Positions 1 through 2,232 of a DNA stretch of 2,232 bases are shown piece by piece; within the stretch, counting starts at the first letter, position 1, and every line of letters starts with the position of its first letter. The notes below the pieces were generated by a model. It was not told the DNA's origin. It saw nothing but the letters and a program-made list of their open reading frames with translations, and searched no databases. The DNA comes from Escherichia coli (GTDB lineage: Bacteria; Pseudomonadota; Gammaproteobacteria; Enterobacterales; Enterobacteriaceae), in assembly GCF_003334335.1 (NCBI RefSeq), contig NZ_QOWQ01000092.1. One strand, given 5' to 3'. The translations under genes and the position numbers were made by a program.

Positions 1-2232
1 GGAGGCTCACACCTTTGACTCTGTGAAATTTATTCTGACCACCGCTCTCGCCGGTGGTCTGCTGGCTGTTCCCCTGCAGATCAAAAACATTCAGCAGAAC
101 GGGATCACACCAGAAGATATCAGCAAGGAAATTAACGGGTATTACTGCTGTTTTTATACTGCCTTTTTCCTTATGGCGTGTTCTGCATGCGCACCATTGA
201 TCGCGTTACAGTACGATATTTCACCGTCACTGATGTGGTGGGGCGGGTTGTTGTACTGGCTGGCTGCATTAGTGACGCTGCTATGGGCGGCCAGCCAAAT
301 CCAGGCGCTGAAAAAACTGACCTGTGCCATCAGCCAGACACTGGAAGAACAACCGGTGCTCAACAGTAAATCGTGGCTGACCAGTTTGCAAAACGATTAC
401 AGCCTTCCTGACTCACTGACGGAGCGCATCTGGCTGACGCTCATTTCTCAACGGATTTCCCGGGGAGAGCTGAGGGAATTTGAACTGGCAGACGGAAACT
501 GGTTACTGAACAATGCCTGGTATGAAAGAAACATGGCAGGGTTTAACGAACAGTTGAAAGAGAACCTGTCATTCACACCTGATGAACTGAAAACGCTCTT
601 CCGGAACCGCCTGAATTTATCACCGGAAGCGAATGACGATTTTCTCGATCGTTGCCTGGACGGCGGTGACTGGTATCCCTTTTCAGAAGGTCGCCGTTTT
701 GTATCATTCCATCACGTGGATGAGCTTCGTATCTGTGCCTCCTGCGGGCTGACAGAAGTACATCATGCCCCGGAAAATCATAAGCCGGATCCGGAATGGT
801 ACTGCTCCTCTCTTTGTCGCGAAACAGAAACACTGTGTCAGGAAATTTATGAACGCCCTTACAACAGCTTTATTTCCGATGCAACGGCGAATGGTCTGAT
901 TCTCATGAAACTGCCGGAAACCTGGAGTACAAATGAGAAAATGTTTGCTTCCGGAGGGCAGGGACATGGGTTTGCCGCTGAACGGGGAAACCATATTGTC
1001 GACAGAGTCCGTCTGAAAAACGCACGGATCCTCGGTGATAATAATGCCAGAAATGGAGCAGACAGACTGGTCAGCGGAACAGAAATCCAGACGAAATATT
1101 GTTCAACTGCAGCCCGTAGCGTCGGTGCGGCATTCGACGGACAAAACGGACAGTATCGTTACATGGGAAATAATGGCCCCATGCAACTGGAAGTCCCCCG
1201 TGATCAGTATGCCGGCGCTGTTGAAACCATGAGGAATAAGATCCGCGAAGGTAAAGTACCCGGTGTAACCGATCCCGCAGAAGCATCCCGGCTGATTCGT
1301 CGGGGACATCTGACTTATACTCAGGCCCGTAATATCACCCGGTTCGGGACCATCGAATCGGTCACTTATGATATTGCCGAGGGTTCGGTTGTCAGTCTGG
1401 CGGCCGGAGGGATCAGTTTTGCCCTGACGGCATCGGTCTTCTGGCTCAGCACCGGCGATCGCGATGCTGCCCTGCAGACAGCTGCTGTCCAGGCAGGAAA
1501 AACCTTCACCCGCACACTGGCTGTCTACGTCACAACCCAGCAACTCCACCGGCTCAGTGTTGTTCAGGGTATGCTGAAGCACATTGATTTTTCGACTGCC
1601 AGCCCGACTGTCCGACTGGCTCTTCAGAAGGGGACCGGTGCAGGAAATATCAGTGCCCTGAACAAAGTGATGAAGGGTACGCTGGTGACATCTCTGGCAC
1701 TGGTAGCTGTCACAACCGGCCCTGACATGATCAAAATGTTGCGGGGACGGATCTCCGGTACGCAGTTCATCAGGAATCTTGCCGTGGCATCTTCCGGTGT
1801 GGCAGGTGGTGCTGTCGGGTCAGTGGCGGGCGGAATACTGTTCAGTCCACTGGGACCATTTGGTGCACTGACAGGGCGTGTGGTTGGCGGTGTTCTGGGG
1901 GGAATGATTGCCTCCGCTGTATCAGGAAAAATTGCCGGAGCGCTGGTTGAAGAAGATCGCGTCAAAATTCTGGCAATGATTCAGGAGCAGGTGACATGGC
2001 TTGCCGGCAGTTTCCTGCTGACCGGACATGAGATTGAAAATCTGAACGAGAATCTGGCCCGTGTTATCGATCAGAATGCTCTGGAGATCATTTTCGCCGC
2101 CGGTATACAACAACGGGCCGCGACCAATATGTTAATCAAACCACTGGTGGTCAGTATCATCAGGCAACGCCCCGTCATGGAATATGATGCATCCCATCTC
2201 GGCAATATGGTTAACCGACTGGAAGAAGCATT
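1..2232 (+). CDS. Large uncharacterized membrane protein, internal fragment (partial at 3' end, probably also at 5' end); codon phase begins at nt 2
   Basis: Manual translation of the frame starting at nt 2 gives 743 consecutive sense codons (nt 2-2230) with no stop; the other two + frames hit stops within the first 26 nt (TGA at 16-18 and 24-26). Leu is mostly CTG and the translation has protein-like features (hydrophobic helix-length segments, Cys4 motif, GxxxG repeats). Translation begins EAHTFDSVKFILTTALAGGLLAVPLQI... and ends ...HLGNMVNRLEEA. Product identity is unassigned. Confidence 0.85.
29..292 (+). other. N-terminal cluster of three predicted transmembrane helices (aa 10-27, 46-69, 77-97 of the window translation)
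   Basis: Three uncharged hydrophobic stretches of 18-24 residues: FILTTALAGGLLAVPLQI, GYYCCFYTAFFLMACSACAPLIAL, LMWWGGLLYWLAALVTLLWAA, separated by short polar loops; the third is followed by the positive residues KK (aa 104-105). Judged by eye, no predictor run. Confidence 0.6.
734..817 (+). other. Putative zinc-ribbon-like Cys4 motif (C245-x2-C248 ... C268-x3-C272) with flanking His residues
   Basis: Translation reads HHVDELRICASCGLTEVHHAPENHKPDPEWYCSSLCRETETLC: two Cys pairs 19 residues apart, His at aa 237, 238, 254, 255, 260, and a fifth Cys at aa 279. The spacing matches a small zinc-ribbon knuckle pair; metal binding is inferred, not shown. Confidence 0.45.
1388..1447 (+). other. Internal hydrophobic, Gly/Ala-rich segment (aa 463-482), possible transmembrane or membrane-inserting helix
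   Basis: VVSLAAGGISFALTASVFWL is uncharged and helix-length, followed by the polar STGDRD. A shorter hydrophobic stretch LVTSLALVAVTTG follows at aa 561-573 (nt 1682-1720). Confidence 0.4.
1778..1948 (+). other. Glycine-zipper (tandem GxxxG) hydrophobic region, aa 593-649; candidate membrane hairpin or oligomerisation module
   Basis: LAVASSGVAGGAVGSVAGGILFSPLGPFGALTGRVVGGVLGGMIASAVSGKIAGALV contains G602-x3-G606-x3-G610, G621-x3-G625-x3-G629-x3-G633, G630-x3-G634 and G642-x3-G646. About 55 residues carry only two charged side chains (R626, K643), with a Pro-Leu-Gly-Pro turn-like centre at aa 616-619. Confidence 0.55.

Noticed and set aside
1-5. GGAGG at the window start as the ribosome-binding site of the gene
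   Set aside because: It is 17 nt upstream of the first in-frame canonical start (GTG at nt 23), longer than typical spacing, and the frame is already open through it. Kept only as a low-probability alternative start.
154-369. Track ORFs 154..363 (-) and 178..369 (+), 69 and 63 aa
   Set aside because: Both overlap the long open frame in the predicted TM region, and the + one is in a different phase (starts at nt 178, phase 1). They are short, lack convincing ribosome-binding sites, and have low-complexity odd products; judged to be chance ORFs.
573-994. Track ORFs 573..833 (-) and 704..994 (-), 86 and 96 aa
   Set aside because: Antisense to the continuous + frame; they overlap each other in different frames and their translations are Arg/His/Cys-rich in a way that does not look protein-like. 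The + frame here encodes the Trp-rich soluble region and the Cys4 motif.
1478-1504. Possible P-loop or Walker A NTPase motif at TAAVQAGKT (aa 493-501)
   Set aside because: It has the GKT tail but no Gly six residues upstream (that position is Thr), so it does not fit GxxxxGK[ST], and no Walker B-like hydrophobic stretch ending in D/E follows. Not an NTPase signature.
1035-1582. Track ORFs 1035..1232 (+), 1071..1286 (-) and 1103..1582 (-), 65, 71 and 159 aa
   Set aside because: All overlap the 743-codon frame in other phases or strands. The 159-aa antisense ORF is the longest competitor but still far shorter than the uninterrupted sense frame, and it has no supporting start context. Treated as a shadow ORF.
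1624-2113. Track ORFs 1624..1965 (-, 113 aa, Pro/Thr-rich) and 1922..2113 (-, 63 aa)
   Set aside because: The Pro/Thr-rich product is the expected mirror of the Gly/Ala/Val-rich glycine-zipper region on the sense strand (GGN and GCN codons read in reverse complement give NCC and NGC). It is an artefact of the sense-strand composition, not an independent gene.
1-2232. Searched for intergenic features: promoters, terminators, REP-like or CRISPR-like repeats, IS inverted repeats, tRNA-like structure, chi sites
   Set aside because: The whole window is inside one coding frame, with no non-coding gap. I found no repeated nucleotide units, no GC-rich hairpin followed by a T-run, and no GCTGGTGG on either strand. 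The hexamer palindromes seen (GGATCC at 787-792 and 1026-1031, GTCGAC at 998-1003, CTGCAG at 74-79, 1107-1112 and 1472-1477) are at chance frequency and have no evident function.

Overview
The whole 2232-nt window is one continuous open reading frame on the + strand (codon phase starting at nt 2): 743 sense codons with no stop, running off both edges of the window. The supplied ORF track misses it because there is no in-window stop; all nine track ORFs lie in other frames or on the opposite strand and overlap this frame, so I treat them as spurious. The encoded fragment looks like a large polytopic membrane protein: three strongly hydrophobic helix-length segments near the start, a soluble Trp-rich region, a Cys-x2-Cys...Cys-x3-Cys zinc-ribbon-like motif with flanking His residues, then further hydrophobic segments including tandem GxxxG glycine-zipper repeats, and an amphipathic helical tail. 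I cannot assign it to a named family from memory, and it has no obvious catalytic motif. No intergenic DNA, RNA genes, CRISPR repeats, terminators or mobile-element ends are visible. Codon usage and composition look enterobacterial by eye, with some rare codons. The architecture is compatible with a membrane-inserting effector or channel-like component of an accessory system (defense, toxin or transfer), but that is a hypothesis; the window alone cannot establish a system.
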